A stretch of 64,000 nt of DNA from NCBI RefSeq assembly GCF_030144855.1, contig NC_082714.1:115010001-115074000 (forward strand), written 5' to 3'. This DNA comes from Hypanus sabinus. Lineage: Eukaryota. Every line of letters begins with the position of its first letter. Position 1 is the first letter of the stretch. The position numbers and the translations under genes were made by a program. Shown here piece after piece: positions 63,400-64,000 of this stretch. Below the pieces are notes generated by a model. That model was not told the DNA's origin and ran no database searches. It saw only the letters and a list, made by a program, of their open reading frames with translations.

Positions 63400-64000
63400 A
63401 GTAAATTCTCTTATTAAGTAAGTCGGAACAGGTACATCCGGTATTATTTAGCGTCAGTCAAACGTTTGTCTTGGTATATAGTATATATTTTACCTTTCTA
63501 TGCATATAAAACACTAAGAACGTATGTTTCAGCGCCGGGCTTGGGAAGTTCCCGAGTTCGATCCAGTGACAGACCACTTCCGAGTGTGCTCTCCACTGTG
63601 CCGGGTTGATGTGGAGGATCAAAGACCCAAAACCCAATAATTAAACCACTGCGTTGCTTAGTAATAATCGTAACTTTCATCAGGGCAGTGCCTTTCACGT
63701 GCTCCATTAAAATTGTTCTGATCGTTGACCGAATGTAGCCTAATGCTTTTCCAATGGCCGATGGCGTTTCACCTCTTTCTGATCGCTTTATTATTTCCAC
63801 CTTATTTTCAATAGCGATTATAATTATTTTCGTGAACAGAATCACTGCAGATTCAGAGCTACACCGGGTCCGAATGCCCACCGCTCTGAAGATGTTAAAT
63901 AAAGTCTGGGGTTCCACTGGGTCCTAAAGATGAGCTCACTGATTCAGGTTAAATAAGGGACTTGAGCAGCCGTGGTCTCTGAACCAATCCCCCGCGGATA
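63400..64000 (-). mobile_element. Tigger/TIGD-like DNA transposon remnant
   Basis: IAIENKVEIIKRSERGETPSAIGKALG...STIRTIL resembles the CENP-B/psq HTH of Tigger transposases. Confidence 0.75.

Noticed and set aside
63121-63417. ORFs spanning X runs
   Set aside because: Created by the assembly gap

Overview
Vertebrate genomic DNA, probably from a cartilaginous fish such as a ray (inferred from the CR1/Penelope/Rex/tRNA-SINE repeat mix). Two spliced genes lie in tandem on the minus strand. The first is a nearly complete ZNFX1: 12 coding exons from 61595 down to 25194, about 1921 codons, with SF1 helicase motifs, NF-X1 zinc fingers and a C-terminal RZ finger; its start exon was not found. The second is the first five coding exons of CCNDBP1 (17274 down to 2213), with a CpG-rich promoter built from a 57-bp CCAAT/GC-box tandem repeat and one GC-AG intron. 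The most unusual object is a young 4.06-kb non-autonomous Gypsy LTR element (5404-9459; LTRs about 99% identical, CATA target-site duplication (TSD)) in CCNDBP1 intron 2. Its single uninterrupted ORF fuses gag, protease and RT remnants in frame to two segments resembling a host myosin heavy-chain rod. Also notable are Penelope-like termini carrying minimal hammerhead-ribozyme motifs in hairpin arrangements and a CR1 LINE whose 5' end abuts a ZNFX1 splice donor. All homology calls come from motif recognition by eye, not database searches, and repeat boundaries are approximate unless a TSD or terminal inverted repeat (TIR) is quoted.
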